A DNA stretch of 64,000 nucleotides from a virus (IMGVR_UViG_2894272399_000002:17174-81173), one strand, 5' to 3'; counted from the first letter of the stretch, positions 46,744-56,855 are shown. Program-made: numbers and translations. Notes: generated from the letters alone by a model not told the origin.

Positions 46744-47623
46744 TTTTCAAAACCTCCAAGAAGTCAGAGACTTTCGCGGTAATATTATCCATGAAATCAT
46801 TGGCGTCTTCAAGTGTCTGACAGATATCTTTTAGCTTATCATGGACGATTAACCGCTGGGCCGTGGAGATTACAGATTCATCTTTCACCCCCGATTTCGT
46901 TGATTTCAGCAGCTCTGACATCGACCGGATCTTCCCTGAATCTTTTGCATCGATCGCGTCCTGCAGCATGATCTGGTTCGCCTTGAACATGTACCCCCAC
47001 TTCTGCTCCTTGGTCAAATTCAGGTAGTCGAAGTCATTGAGAAGACTGTAAACAATTCCTCCGTAATCCTGGAATCCCGGCCCATCCGGCCCAGATCTTT
47101 CAAGCGCTAATTTGAGGGCCGAGAGTTTACTTGCAAACTCCTCCTCTACCGTCAACTCCCTGACTTCTTCCACTTGGTGGGACAATTGGGCCAGCTTTTT
47201 CATAACCGGCTTCTTCGTTTCTTCGATGTAGGCTTTGATCCACTGGACAAAGTTCGAAGGTGTGAAGATTACAGGCTGTCCCTGAGCGGTGTACTGTCCG
47301 TCCAATCCGTTTTCAAGCGCCCGGAAGATCTCCGATGATGTCAGGTTCGGGAACTTCATCAAATCTCCGTTCAGCTCACGGTTGATGACCTTTTGCTCGT
47401 CTTCGTCCTTGGGTTTGCTTCCCAATCGCGTACTAGCTTTAAGCACAATCGAAGGTATCATCCGGGCCATTTGCTCACTGGTCATCTGGCAGATCTTTGG
47501 GTTCTTATCCGCAGTCAGAGAAGCGGAAACGATTGAAATCTCCGACTGGCTCAGCTTACGAGCGACCTGCTCCGGGACAGTATTCTCAAATGCATCCCTG
47601 ATCGTTAAATTGCTCATCTTCAA
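46727..47623 (-). CDS. Replication-associated protein (helicase-loader position)
   Basis: ATGA-coupled directly after the initiator; helical. Confidence 0.55.
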   Translation of the reverse strand: MKMSNLTIRDAFENTVPEQVARKLSQSEISIVSASLTADKNPKICQMTSEQMARMIPSIVLKASTRLGSKPKDEDEQKVINRELNGDLMKFPNLTSSEIFRALENGLDGQYTAQGQPVIFTPSNFVQWIKAYIEETKKPVMKKLAQLSHQVEEVRELTVEEEFASKLSALKLALERSGPDGPGFQDYGGIVYSLLNDFDYLNLTKEQKWGYMFKANQIMLQDAIDAKDSGKIRSMSELLKSTKSGVKDESVISTAQRLIVHDKLKDICQTLEDANDFMDNITAKVSDFLEVLKSETED

Positions 47624-48591
47624 GTACTATTTAAAATATCCTGATAGGTCAAATACCCTCCTTCGTCCTGGATTTTCTGGTTGGCAGCCATCACTGAATC
47701 GTAGGTTTGTCCGATCTTTCCTCTGGGCTTTTCACTCTGGCTGTTCTGTTTCTCCCGAGTGATTTTTTGCTTCCAGCTTGGTAGCCAGTACAGAAAGTGC
47801 TTCTTGACGTCGGATTCGGAATGGACGACATAATTCACGGCTTTTTTATCCCTGACGAACGTGTCAATCGCGTCAAAATAATCCGATTGGCTGATTTTGT
47901 TCCCAATACATGCAGCCTCCATCAGCGTACTTGATGCCTTCAAAATTTCCTCCAACTCATCCAGAGTCGGGAGGGTCTCGCGCAACTGGGGGGGATTTTG
48001 TTTTATTTCTTCCCGGAAATCATCCCTGTTTTTTTTTATGAAATCAGGCAATGGATCATTTTCAGGTGTCGTCGTCGAATCAACTTCGTTTCGCGCTTCA
48101 GTAACTAGTTTGTTATCTACGTCTTCAGTTAATTCTTTACTTTCCTTTACTTTACTTTCTTCTTTTTTACTTTGTGGTATTTCTGTCACAGAAACTCCGG
48201 TTGATTCCTGTTTTTGTTGCTTTTTAGCTTGATTCTGCGCCATTAACTTCGCTTTATTCCGCTTCTCATAAACCGAACGAAGGTTGTTATCAAGGGTTTT
48301 GCTAAAAACTTGATCATTTTCAGAAAACAAAAGTCCCAATTTGACGCAGTAATCGATCACATCTTTTATTTCTGTCACAGAAACTCCGAAGTCCCCAGAA
48401 AGCAGCTCTAATTCCAACTCGTTGTCATTCCACCTGTTTTCCTCCGACGCAGTCAGCACTTCCAGAAACATGACCCATATTGCATAACCTGCTATTCCGA
48501 ACTTTGATCTTATAGCTCTGACCTTTCGATGATTTCTCATATCGTTGTCATGGCTGAAATAATCAGCGTTATTTTTTGACGGTCTAGCCAT
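47620..48591 (-). CDS. Replication initiator (DUF4373/Lin1244-like N-terminus)
   Basis: MARP.K..ADYFSHD, FGIAGYAIW, KVKESK linker; carries internal iteron-like repeats. Confidence 0.8.
   Translation of the reverse strand: MARPSKNNADYFSHDNDMRNHRKVRAIRSKFGIAGYAIWVMFLEVLTASEENRWNDNELELELLSGDFGVSVTEIKDVIDYCVKLGLLFSENDQVFSKTLDNNLRSVYEKRNKAKLMAQNQAKKQQKQESTGVSVTEIPQSKKEESKVKESKELTEDVDNKLVTEARNEVDSTTTPENDPLPDFIKKNRDDFREEIKQNPPQLRETLPTLDELEEILKASSTLMEAACIGNKISQSDYFDAIDTFVRDKKAVNYVVHSESDVKKHFLYWLPSWKQKITREKQNSQSEKPRGKIGQTYDSVMAANQKIQDEGGYLTYQDILNST
48178..48388. repeat. 22-bp exact direct repeat (candidate ori iterons)
   Basis: TATTTCTGTCACAGAAACTCCG at 48178-48199 and 48367-48388. Confidence 0.75.
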
Positions 48592-48645
48592 AAAAGGTGA
48601 CTTATACTAAGGGAAAGCAGACAAACGATTATAACTATACGTAAC

Positions 48646-48936
48646 TCAAAACTGCCAGTTCAACAAGGGCTCAATGACCTGAACCGACTCGACTATCGAC
48701 AATGGAATGGTCTGCGTTTTCAAACCGGCAGTCGTTCCAACAACCTTTCCGTGGTAATCCTGAATGCTCTTCTCTCCTTCGTATTCAATCTCAATCATTC
48801 CTCCGAAACTTCCGGAGCCTATGACTTCGCTTTTCAGGTTACCTTGGAAGACCAGCGGAGGGGCTGCATTGGGCGGGTTGCCTCCTTTGGTACTGACCTG
48901 AACCTTCTGCCCTACTTCAATTCGAGATGTAAACAT
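48646..48936 (-). CDS. Hypothetical protein
   Basis: 96-aa beta-rich ORF. Confidence 0.55.
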   Translation of the reverse strand: MFTSRIEVGQKVQVSTKGGNPPNAAPPLVFQGNLKSEVIGSGSFGGMIEIEYEGEKSIQDYHGKVVGTTAGLKTQTIPLSIVESVQVIEPLLNWQF

Positions 48937-49055
48937 ATTTATATTTTGTTTTAGAATATCTTTAAACTATTAAAAAAATTCAATGTAATAACCGAACACG
49001 AATTAATGCACCTTATTACCTGTTAATGACTATTAATCATTCAAAAAATAGGAGT

Positions 49056-49093
49056 CAAATATAAATTAAATATATTCTGTTTTCAAATGTATT
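49056..49093 (-). promoter_or_regulatory. Leftward promoter for replication genes; near-copy of 8971-9009
   Basis: TTTG-N20-TATATTTG on the minus strand. Confidence 0.7.
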
Positions 49094-49130
49094 AATTTCT
49101 ATTTTTTTCGATATCTAGCAGGATCGTTTT

Positions 49131-49625
49131 TTAAGACCCGGCTGCGGCTAGTACTTCTGACAGAGGCCGCAAATTCGCGGGTACCTCCTCGGCTTCCTCT
49201 TGTGAAACATGTGGGAACACTTCGAGAATTGTCGTAAGAGCGACCGATTCGACATCGTACGGGATCAGGAAGTTTCTCATGTTCTCTGTGATCCGGTCAA
49301 GGGCCTGTTGGACGCTGTCTGCGTTGACCAGCATGTTATTCACAATTCGTTTTTCTTTTCCATTGCGCTCATCGACTGAATGGTAGATAACCTTCGCTTT
49401 GAACCACTTTTCGCCTTCTTCATAGGTGAATATGTCTGCGAGTGGCATTCTCGTGATTCCGGTGACGGAAAAGTCACTTGCTCCGGTAGTGATCAGCTTG
49501 TAGGCTTTCGCCTCCGCTTCGGTGAAGGACACAGAATCTATCAGAAAGCACTCTGTGATTGTCTTTAACGCTCCGGCTTCATCCTCCTTTTGATAGCGGA
49601 TGTTGGTTTTGTACCAGGTAGGCAT
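49131..49625 (-). CDS. DUF4494-like protein
   Basis: W..T.IRY.K...FTEAEA...KWFKAKV, typical of Bacteroidota. Confidence 0.78.
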   Translation of the reverse strand: MPTWYKTNIRYQKEDEAGALKTITECFLIDSVSFTEAEAKAYKLITTGASDFSVTGITRMPLADIFTYEEGEKWFKAKVIYHSVDERNGKEKRIVNNMLVNADSVQQALDRITENMRNFLIPYDVESVALTTILEVFPHVSQEEAEEVPANLRPLSEVLAAAGS

Positions 49626-49693
49626 GGTTGTGATTGGTTATGGTTAAGAAACAAATGTGTTGGTATAGGATTCGACGCTGTTAAAGTGTTGTA

Positions 49694-50794
49694 TTAGTTA
49701 TGTTCCTCAAATAGTGAGGTTTGGCAGTATCGACGAAATGGCTTATATGTAATTTCCATCCATTCCAACATCTCACCAATTCCGCATTTATTAACCATTA
49801 CATTATAGAAAATCGGGTGACTTACTGCAAGCCGTTGAATACGATTGGGCTTGCCTTTCGGTTCGAGGTGTAGCCCGAAAAGACAGATAGTGCAACCCGT
49901 TTGCCTCTCGGCTGGAAGGTTCCGCATTGCGAGTGATCCGTCCAGCTGTTTCACTTCGACAGTTCTGTCATAATACACAGAGCAGAACCGGATTAAATGC
50001 AAGTCAGCGTAATCCCAAATGTCCTTTTCAGTCCAAATTGACAGCGGCCTGCAAGACTCTTTCCCTCTATCCCAAGTAATACAACCCGTTTTCATGTAGC
50101 TGACAGTTCTCTGATCAGATTCTTCAGCTAGCGTACCGACGATGGGAACGCGTCCGGTTTCCTTTTCATACCGTCTGAAAGGCTCCTTTTTAAAAATATC
50201 GCAGCATTTATCACTGACCAGAAAAGGCGCGTCCAATACTTTCAGCCAGCGATCCGGAATTTTGGACGCCTTGCTCACCGTCCCGTCTCGTTTGATTCCG
50301 GTAGTGTAAAGCCTCAATGTCGCTTCGTTTTTCGGATTGGGATTCGACAAATAACCTTTTGCCCTTCGGATCATCATAGCAATTTTCTTACTACCAATTG
50401 CCGCGCCCACTTCCTTTATCACCCTGGTAAATCCCATTTTCGGTTTCAGGATGATCACGCCATCGAACGTTTTTACATGTTCATCTATTTCAGGGAATTC
50501 TATGCCGGTTTTGCAATGCACATCAGGCGGTGACGGTTTTCCCTCAATCAGCGTCCGGTAAAGCAAACGGTATTCCATTCGAAGAAACTCACCCATCCGA
50601 CCATCATGCAGGTCATCGATGATATGTTTCATAACCTGGCTATCCTTGCCGCCTGAAAACGCTTTGTAAACCCCGCGCTGCCCGAATATCTCAACGTAAT
50701 CAATATATCGTTCAATAGCCCATTGAACCTTGTCCCAAAGCGGGAGCGCTTTTCGTTCATTAAGTTCTTTCCGGGATACCTTGTAATTGATCAT
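49694..50794 (-). CDS. PAPS reductase family (PP-loop) protein
   Basis: FSGGKDS, CCDIFKKEP, PLSIW and TGCTICLFG. Confidence 0.85.
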   Translation of the reverse strand: MINYKVSRKELNERKALPLWDKVQWAIERYIDYVEIFGQRGVYKAFSGGKDSQVMKHIIDDLHDGRMGEFLRMEYRLLYRTLIEGKPSPPDVHCKTGIEFPEIDEHVKTFDGVIILKPKMGFTRVIKEVGAAIGSKKIAMMIRRAKGYLSNPNPKNEATLRLYTTGIKRDGTVSKASKIPDRWLKVLDAPFLVSDKCCDIFKKEPFRRYEKETGRVPIVGTLAEESDQRTVSYMKTGCITWDRGKESCRPLSIWTEKDIWDYADLHLIRFCSVYYDRTVEVKQLDGSLAMRNLPAERQTGCTICLFGLHLEPKGKPNRIQRLAVSHPIFYNVMVNKCGIGEMLEWMEITYKPFRRYCQTSLFEEHN

Positions 50795-50928
50795 AATGGT
50801 TCGACTCTGTTAAGGTTTATGATCTATTATTTTAAAAAGCCATTCAACCAAAAGCACCGGAGACAAGAAGATACATACAACTCCACCGGCAGCAAGCCAG
50901 ATGAGCCCCAAAACGAATCTTACAAACT

Positions 50929-51372
50929 TTACCATGGGTTTTGAATAGTTAAAGGTTGAATACGCTCCCAGTTCCAAAAGCTCAGCGCACCTTTTGCTGG
51001 TATGGGTGCAGGAAACACAAACGGGTTCTCACATTTCCAGTAATACCGGTTTTCGCTGAAGTCTCCGAGCATTCGTTCCAGGGATTCGATTTGCATCGGT
51101 TCGTTAGTCGAGAACGTATCGGTGATATTCACACTTCCGATTACCATCCCCTGTTGGCTGCAAATTGTATGATACTCGCTGCCTGGGAAGAACTTGTCAG
51201 GGAATTCCTTTGTCAGCCAATTAAGCCAGAAAAGTCCGTCTGGTGTTATCCGGGCCGATGCGTGGATTGCGATCTCTCCTCGGTATTTGGTATTCCACGA
51301 CCGGGTTTCGAATTTCTTAATGCCCAAGATGAGTAGGCCGGCATAGGGTTGTTGGATGGAGATGGCTTTCAT
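50929..51372 (-). CDS. ASCH domain protein
   Basis: AISIQQPYA..I..GIK.FETRSW...IHAS. Confidence 0.88.
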   Translation of the reverse strand: MKAISIQQPYAGLLILGIKKFETRSWNTKYRGEIAIHASARITPDGLFWLNWLTKEFPDKFFPGSEYHTICSQQGMVIGSVNITDTFSTNEPMQIESLERMLGDFSENRYYWKCENPFVFPAPIPAKGALSFWNWERIQPLTIQNPW

Positions 51373-51590
51373 GATTCGACGGATTCGGTTAAATTGAAAT
51401 ACTCCTTAACCCGCTCAATTCCGATTACATCGAGAAATTTATCATCGTCGATCCACTTTAGAATATTCTGGATTGTGAATTGATCGAGGATTTCTCCATC
51501 GCTGTGCCCTTGAATTTCCAGTCTGATTTGGCTACGACCAGCTGTCTCTATGTTCGCTTTCTCGCAATCAATTGATATTGTTCTCGGCAT
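51369..51590 (-). CDS. Hypothetical protein
   Basis: ATGA-coupled ORF. Confidence 0.55.
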   Translation of the reverse strand: MPRTISIDCEKANIETAGRSQIRLEIQGHSDGEILDQFTIQNILKWIDDDKFLDVIGIERVKEYFNLTESVES

Positions 51591-51616
51591 GATTTCTCTG
51601 TTTAACTGTTTACTTC

Positions 51617-51638
51617 AAAAACTCCCGAAGCCTCGGGG
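51617..51638 (-). terminator. Possible intrinsic terminator
   Basis: Minus strand CCCGAGGCTTCGGGAGTTTT hairpin plus U tract. Confidence 0.45.
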
Positions 51639-51770
51639 CCAGATGCCTTGTGAGCATGTCTGACAACATCAGATTACTTCCTAAACCCTTAACCTTTTCT
51701 TTTGAGGTCGTTAGCCAATCGGCTGCCCGAAGTATGTCGGGACATGTACTACTACTCAACGTTCGTTATT

Positions 51771-52520
51771 TCAGAAGGGAACACTCCCAAAATTTTCGAT
51801 CACAAGCCCGGGTATTGCCACGTAAGTTTTCTTCCCGGTCATTTCCTGTACTTCCTTCTCAAATCTTCCTGCATGGCTGTTACTATCAGATAAGTGAATC
51901 AGGACAATATTGTTGACCTTCGATAAATCGTTCGCTTGAAGCAACTCTTTGCACGTTCTCAGACTCATGTGCGATTGAATGACCCGATCCCGCAAGAACT
52001 TCGGTGATACTCCGGCAGCAACTTTGTCCCGTAAGATCTGTTCGCAATAATTCGCCTCTATCATGATGTTGGTTAATCCCGGGAAAGTGTACTGACAGTA
52101 GTATGTGTCAGTCAAAAACAGCATGGTTCCTAATTCCTTGTGACGGATCAAAAATCCCAGTGGCTCGGCGGCATCGTGATTGACATCAAAAGCTTTTATA
52201 GAAAATTCACCGAAGCAGACCATGTTTCTATTTGAATTAAATGATACCGCATTATGGTGAACCCGAACACCCTCTGCATTTAATGTCCCGTCGGAGGCTG
52301 CGACTTTTATTCCTGAACTCAAAACTTCATGAACCGCTTTCGAGTGATCTTTGTGGTTGTGGGTTAGTGCGCAGCCAACAATCTTGTTCACTTTAAACCC
52401 GACTGCCTGTAATACTTGCTGAAACCTCACGCCACATTCCACCATTAATATTTCACCTGTTGACGATTCAAGAAGGTAACAGTTACCGGATGATCCGCTG
52501 TTGATTACTGTCAGCCTCAT
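51771..52520 (-). CDS. Metallo-beta-lactamase-fold nuclease
   Basis: SGSSGNCY, THNHKDH, HDA and HLS. Confidence 0.88.
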   Translation of the reverse strand: MRLTVINSGSSGNCYLLESSTGEILMVECGVRFQQVLQAVGFKVNKIVGCALTHNHKDHSKAVHEVLSSGIKVAASDGTLNAEGVRVHHNAVSFNSNRNMVCFGEFSIKAFDVNHDAAEPLGFLIRHKELGTMLFLTDTYYCQYTFPGLTNIMIEANYCEQILRDKVAAGVSPKFLRDRVIQSHMSLRTCKELLQANDLSKVNNIVLIHLSDSNSHAGRFEKEVQEMTGKKTYVAIPGLVIENFGSVPF

Positions 52521-53482
52521 TAGAAACCAGGTCCGTCAATCGTCGCTTGCGCAGGCTCAGGCCTCCTTGAATTGTTGTTGACTGGTATCCCCTCTTGTTG
52601 CGTAACCTGGATCGTAACTGGCTCGGATCCTTGCGGCAATTGTTGTTGAGCTGATGGAATCTCTGAATATTCATCAAACTTGATTTCTTTCCTGTTGGCG
52701 CTTTGTTTGATTTCGGCCTTTACTCCTTCGCCTACCTGATCAATGTCTGAATCTTCTTTGTCGAAAAGGATGCTGTCATCCGAACTCCTGATCAAGAGCT
52801 TGCAGGCCCGGTTGATAACCGATTTTTGGGCCATCTGATCTGAGAATTTTGTATGTGCTGGCGAGTTCCCCTTTGCGGCGCCCTGCCCCCAGGCATTCAG
52901 TACCTGCTCCTTGCTCATTATTTCAACGTCACGCGTTCCATCTTCCAACTCGAATATGGCGTATACACCTTTAAAGGATGATGTTCCAAATTTTTCGAGA
53001 GATTGTGCATGCCGCAAAACCTTTCTTCTACCAGTTTCCGGGTTAACTTCCCATTCAAATTCGTCTCCTTCAAAAATAGTGTTGGCTTTGATCCATTTCA
53101 GGCTACCATACCTTTTTGCAAGGGCTATATTTCCTGTATACTCCGGATCACATGAAAGAGTATTCCCGTAGACGATAAAGTCGCATTGCTTTTTGAGTGG
53201 AGACAAGCCCCATACGACCATTTTTAATAGAGCGTTTGCAATGCTTGCCTGTGAGCAGACTTCAAGGGCCAATTTCCCATTTCTATCCTTAACCTCCTGA
53301 ATGATGATCCAGGCGGCCTTCAAAGCGTTTCCCACACTGTAGTCTTTCGGAAGTTGAAGTTCACCCGATTCGGTAAAGGCTTCAATTTTGGTCATTACTG
53401 CACCGGTAATATCTTTTTCGGTCGGTTTTGCTACCGGCGCAGGTGTTTGGGGCGCCGGCGTATTTTGTGGTTGACTTGACAT
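52520..53482 (-). CDS. recT: RecT-family single-strand annealing protein
   Basis: GLSP.K.QC, FEGDEF and F.DQMA.KSVINRA. Confidence 0.85.
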   Translation of the reverse strand: MSSQPQNTPAPQTPAPVAKPTEKDITGAVMTKIEAFTESGELQLPKDYSVGNALKAAWIIIQEVKDRNGKLALEVCSQASIANALLKMVVWGLSPLKKQCDFIVYGNTLSCDPEYTGNIALAKRYGSLKWIKANTIFEGDEFEWEVNPETGRRKVLRHAQSLEKFGTSSFKGVYAIFELEDGTRDVEIMSKEQVLNAWGQGAAKGNSPAHTKFSDQMAQKSVINRACKLLIRSSDDSILFDKEDSDIDQVGEGVKAEIKQSANRKEIKFDEYSEIPSAQQQLPQGSEPVTIQVTQQEGIPVNNNSRRPEPAQATIDGPGF

Positions 53483-53513
53483 GATTGGTTAAAAGTTAAA
53501 TGTGATTATTTAT

Positions 53514-55532
53514 TTAAGCAGTTTGAAATTTTGATGCACCCGAGTGAACTGTCAGGGTGGCCCCTCCTTTCACAATCAGGTTGATGATCTGCGAATCCGT
53601 TTCAGGGATTTGAACTGTGGATTCCCGGTTGTCAATCCAGATTGGAGCGTTGACCGAATAGAACTCTGAGAGCGCGTTGATGATGTCAATACCCACCTGG
53701 ATTTTCCCGGCTGTGTTTAAATCAGACCATGGCACGCCGTTGAAAGTGGTATCGCAGGTTTCTTCCTCACCCCCATTCACCTGCGGTTTGAACATCCGGA
53801 ACCTTGCAAGTTTGAATCTGCTGTTGATACGCTCTTCAAGCATGTTCATCTTCGACTTGGTGAATGCATCAATGACAAACTCAGATCCTTCATATTCGGC
53901 GATAATCTGGGCCAGCGAACGTTCAGACTCTTTAAGCTCATCAATTCTGGCATCCGTTCTTTTTATTTGCTCCTCTCCTGCCAACTTTTGGTTTAGCTCA
54001 GCGATTTGCGAAGAAAGAGTTGCTTTCTGCGATTTAAGCCCGCTGTCCTCGGGGATAGATTCATCCGGTTTATTTGATTCCTCCAAATCTGATTGAAGGT
54101 CATTGATGCGAATGAGAAGTTGGGCATAATCCGAGTTGGACTCCAACAGCGATTTCAATTCATCCTTTTCATCCTGACGATCATTCCGAGAGGTGGCCAG
54201 TTTCTGAAACTCTTTTTTTGCTGCTTCTAGCTTGGATGTGATCTCTGATTTTTCTTCGTCTCTTTGTTGAATAAGCGTGTTATTCGATTCGATTTCCACT
54301 TTTGCCTGAATTCCTTTATTGCGGATTACTTCCAGTCTTTTGACTTTATCAGCATTGAAATTTTCTGTTAAAATCTTCCTCGACTCTTCTATGTCGTCGG
54401 ATTCGTAAGCCCGTTTACATGTGGGGCAACTCATTTCCAAATCGTCGAATACCGGTTGCTTTTCATTTTCGCTCGCCCATTGATCCCGGGTAGGCTGCAA
54501 CGAAGCCTCTAATTCCGCATTTTTCCTGGTGAGAATGTCTATTTTAGTTTGAACCGTGGACAATTCAAGTTCAAGCGATGATATCTCTCGGCGAATTTTG
54601 AGAGGCTGTTCATCCTGCGTCCGGTTTCTTTCACGGATTTCCTCTTTAAACCTGAACTCGATAGCGGTTAAATCAGACTTTAAACTGTAAAATTGGTTTT
54701 GCTTGCTTTGTATGAGTTGCAAGCGGCTTTCATTTGCCCTCGCTTTATCACTGATTTGCTCATCGAGTTTTGCCACCTCTCCGGTAAGCCTCTTGATTGA
54801 AGCGCGGATAGCGTCGTAATTCTCAGGTTGTGGCTTTGATCTTTCTGCCTCATCAATACGAGAGGGAATCATTTTCAGATCATCGTTAGCCTTCTTGCGT
54901 TTTGCCGCAATTTCCTTTTTGTATTCTGCGAGCGTTTTCCCCTGGTTGAGAATACTCGTAAGGTTCATAATCTCCTGCTTATTCGAAAGTGTCGAAATGG
55001 AGTCCAGCACGTCCGAATCGTTGATATGCCCAGCAATCGAAAGTAGCGCAGCCCTGCGATCTTGCCACTTCAGAGAATTGAAATAGAGCGGGTTTGTGAT
55101 CAGCTTGAATACTTGCTCATCCAGAAGTGTCTCAATTTTGGACATGTATTCTTTTTGCTGCATAGGAACATCGTTCCAGTAATATAGCGTTTCATTGCCG
55201 ACGAACTCGGGCTGCTCCGCTCCTTTTACTTTCTGCCACTTTTCTTGAAACACCCTTTTCAAGATCATTTCAACGCCACTTGCTATCAACACGGCCGAAA
55301 CTTCGCAGGATACTTTTTCTTTTGACTTGCCGACAAAATCCAATGGCTTGATATTGAAGTCCTTCCTGTCAGCGCTGTCCTTACCGAAAAGCAGCCATGT
55401 GAATGAATCGAAGAGCGTTGTTTTTCCGGTAGCATTATCACCGTAGATGAATGTTTCATCCGAGAAATCAAATGATTTACTCTTGATCCCTTTGAAGTTT
55501 GTGAGGCTTAGGTGCCTTAATTTAATATCCAT
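53514..55532 (-). CDS. Rad50/SbcC-like AAA ATPase
   Basis: GDNATGKTT Walker A, CPTC hook, coiled coils, IWIDN Walker B. Confidence 0.9.
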   Translation of the reverse strand: MDIKLRHLSLTNFKGIKSKSFDFSDETFIYGDNATGKTTLFDSFTWLLFGKDSADRKDFNIKPLDFVGKSKEKVSCEVSAVLIASGVEMILKRVFQEKWQKVKGAEQPEFVGNETLYYWNDVPMQQKEYMSKIETLLDEQVFKLITNPLYFNSLKWQDRRAALLSIAGHINDSDVLDSISTLSNKQEIMNLTSILNQGKTLAEYKKEIAAKRKKANDDLKMIPSRIDEAERSKPQPENYDAIRASIKRLTGEVAKLDEQISDKARANESRLQLIQSKQNQFYSLKSDLTAIEFRFKEEIRERNRTQDEQPLKIRREISSLELELSTVQTKIDILTRKNAELEASLQPTRDQWASENEKQPVFDDLEMSCPTCKRAYESDDIEESRKILTENFNADKVKRLEVIRNKGIQAKVEIESNNTLIQQRDEEKSEITSKLEAAKKEFQKLATSRNDRQDEKDELKSLLESNSDYAQLLIRINDLQSDLEESNKPDESIPEDSGLKSQKATLSSQIAELNQKLAGEEQIKRTDARIDELKESERSLAQIIAEYEGSEFVIDAFTKSKMNMLEERINSRFKLARFRMFKPQVNGGEEETCDTTFNGVPWSDLNTAGKIQVGIDIINALSEFYSVNAPIWIDNRESTVQIPETDSQIINLIVKGGATLTVHSGASKFQTA

Positions 55533-55744
55533 TTTTATAATGATTTGCGGTATAGATAATAATTACGTTAAATGCTATACGTCTCAAACTTTCGTGTTCT
55601 TCGCTGCGAGAAATCCGGCTGCAATCGCGCATGCAAGGCAAAAAATGAAGATTGCGACGAAGTTTGAGTAGGTGAAATGTTTGTAATAGAATGCAGTTGC
55701 CGGGCTGACCATTTCGGTCAGAAACAAATGGTTGAATTTCATGA

Positions 55745-55927
55745 CTACAGGTGTTTTCTGATTTTAGGGATTAGAAAAGCAAAGGCGACAATCAAGACTA
55801 TTGGGAGATATCCAAGCTCCTTAGTCCAAAGGGTGGGATTCTGGGCAACCCAGCTGATAATCCCGGCAGCGTATTCGTTCAGTGTGACCGCCAGCGCGAG
55901 ACAGGCGAGTAAAGCTAGTTTCTCCAT
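55745..55927 (-). CDS. Small 2-TM membrane protein
   Basis: Two hydrophobic segments. Confidence 0.5.
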   Translation of the reverse strand: MEKLALLACLALAVTLNEYAAGIISWVAQNPTLWTKELGYLPIVLIVAFAFLIPKIRKHL

Positions 55928-56079
55928 TTTGGGCCCCTGAATCTTTGAAAGTGAATGTATGCGTAGATTAAAAAGTTTGGCGTCACTGCGATTACCCCGA
56001 GGATGCTGACGAGTGACCAGATGAGCTTTGAAGGCGATAACCTTTCAATAATTTTCGTTTTCATTTCATATAGGAGGAG

Positions 56080-56382
56080 TTAAGTTGGTTTACGTTTGTG
56101 GATCCGGTTGTCGGAAAGAAACTGATCAAGGTCTTTTTTACGGTACGTGATCTTTTTCCCGTACTGGGAGAATGGGATCACGTGGTTATTTTTCAAAACA
56201 TGCAGCCGGCCGGTTGAATAGCCCAGGTACAATGCAGCTTCCTTGTGAGTGAAAACATTAGGGTCTCGTTCCTGTTCGTCCACTTTCTGCTTCATTCCTT
56301 TGACATCCTTTTGAATGTTGATAAGCATTTCAGTCCACTGGCTCCAAACGGCCCTGTCGAGAATGATTACGGAATCTGACAT
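56080..56382 (-). CDS. Excisionase-like HTH protein
   Basis: THKEAALYLG...IPFSQ.GKKI.YRKKDL. Confidence 0.8.
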   Translation of the reverse strand: MSDSVIILDRAVWSQWTEMLINIQKDVKGMKQKVDEQERDPNVFTHKEAALYLGYSTGRLHVLKNNHVIPFSQYGKKITYRKKDLDQFLSDNRIHKRKPT

Positions 56383-56618
56383 TGTTTTTCGATTTTAACC
56401 TGTTTACGGTACTTATCCATTGCCTCAATCAAATCATCGATAGATTTGTAAAATGCTGCCCTTTCGCGGGGATCTTCTTCTGGTTCCAAAAGACTGTCAG
56501 CGAACATGCTGAACAACCTGGCTTTGTTTACTTTCTTACCACCGTCGTTGTAATACAGAAACTCGGCAACTGCTTTTTCGAGGATCTTTACCGATTTGGG
56601 ATGAGTCTGCATTTTCAT
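56367..56618 (-). CDS. Hypothetical protein; paralogue of the next gene
   Basis: L..MF.DSL motif. Confidence 0.6.
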   Translation of the reverse strand: MKMQTHPKSVKILEKAVAEFLYYNDGGKKVNKARLFSMFADSLLEPEEDPRERAAFYKSIDDLIEAMDKYRKQVKIEKQCQIP

Positions 56619-56641
56619 TTATTGGTGGGTTGATGAATTCT

Positions 56642-56854
56642 TTAAGCCAATCCGCTGGATGTATCGATCATTTCAAGTATTCCGTTGACTAGGTCGAGTC
56701 TTCCTGCAGGTGGGTGTTCTGGGCTTGCTTTCAAACTGTCCTGGAACATGAGCCACAGCTGCATTTTCAATTCATTTTTCTGGCCCAGGCGGAAGAGCTC
56801 AGCGATTGAAGTTAAAAGCGGGTCTTCTGGGAAGTGGTTTAGGGAAGTTGTCAT
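56642..56854 (-). CDS. Hypothetical protein; paralogue of the previous gene
   Basis: L..MF.DSL motif; start placed at ATG 56854. Confidence 0.6.
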   Translation of the reverse strand: MTTSLNHFPEDPLLTSIAELFRLGQKNELKMQLWLMFQDSLKASPEHPPAGRLDLVNGILEMIDTSSGLA

Positions 56855-56855
56855 G

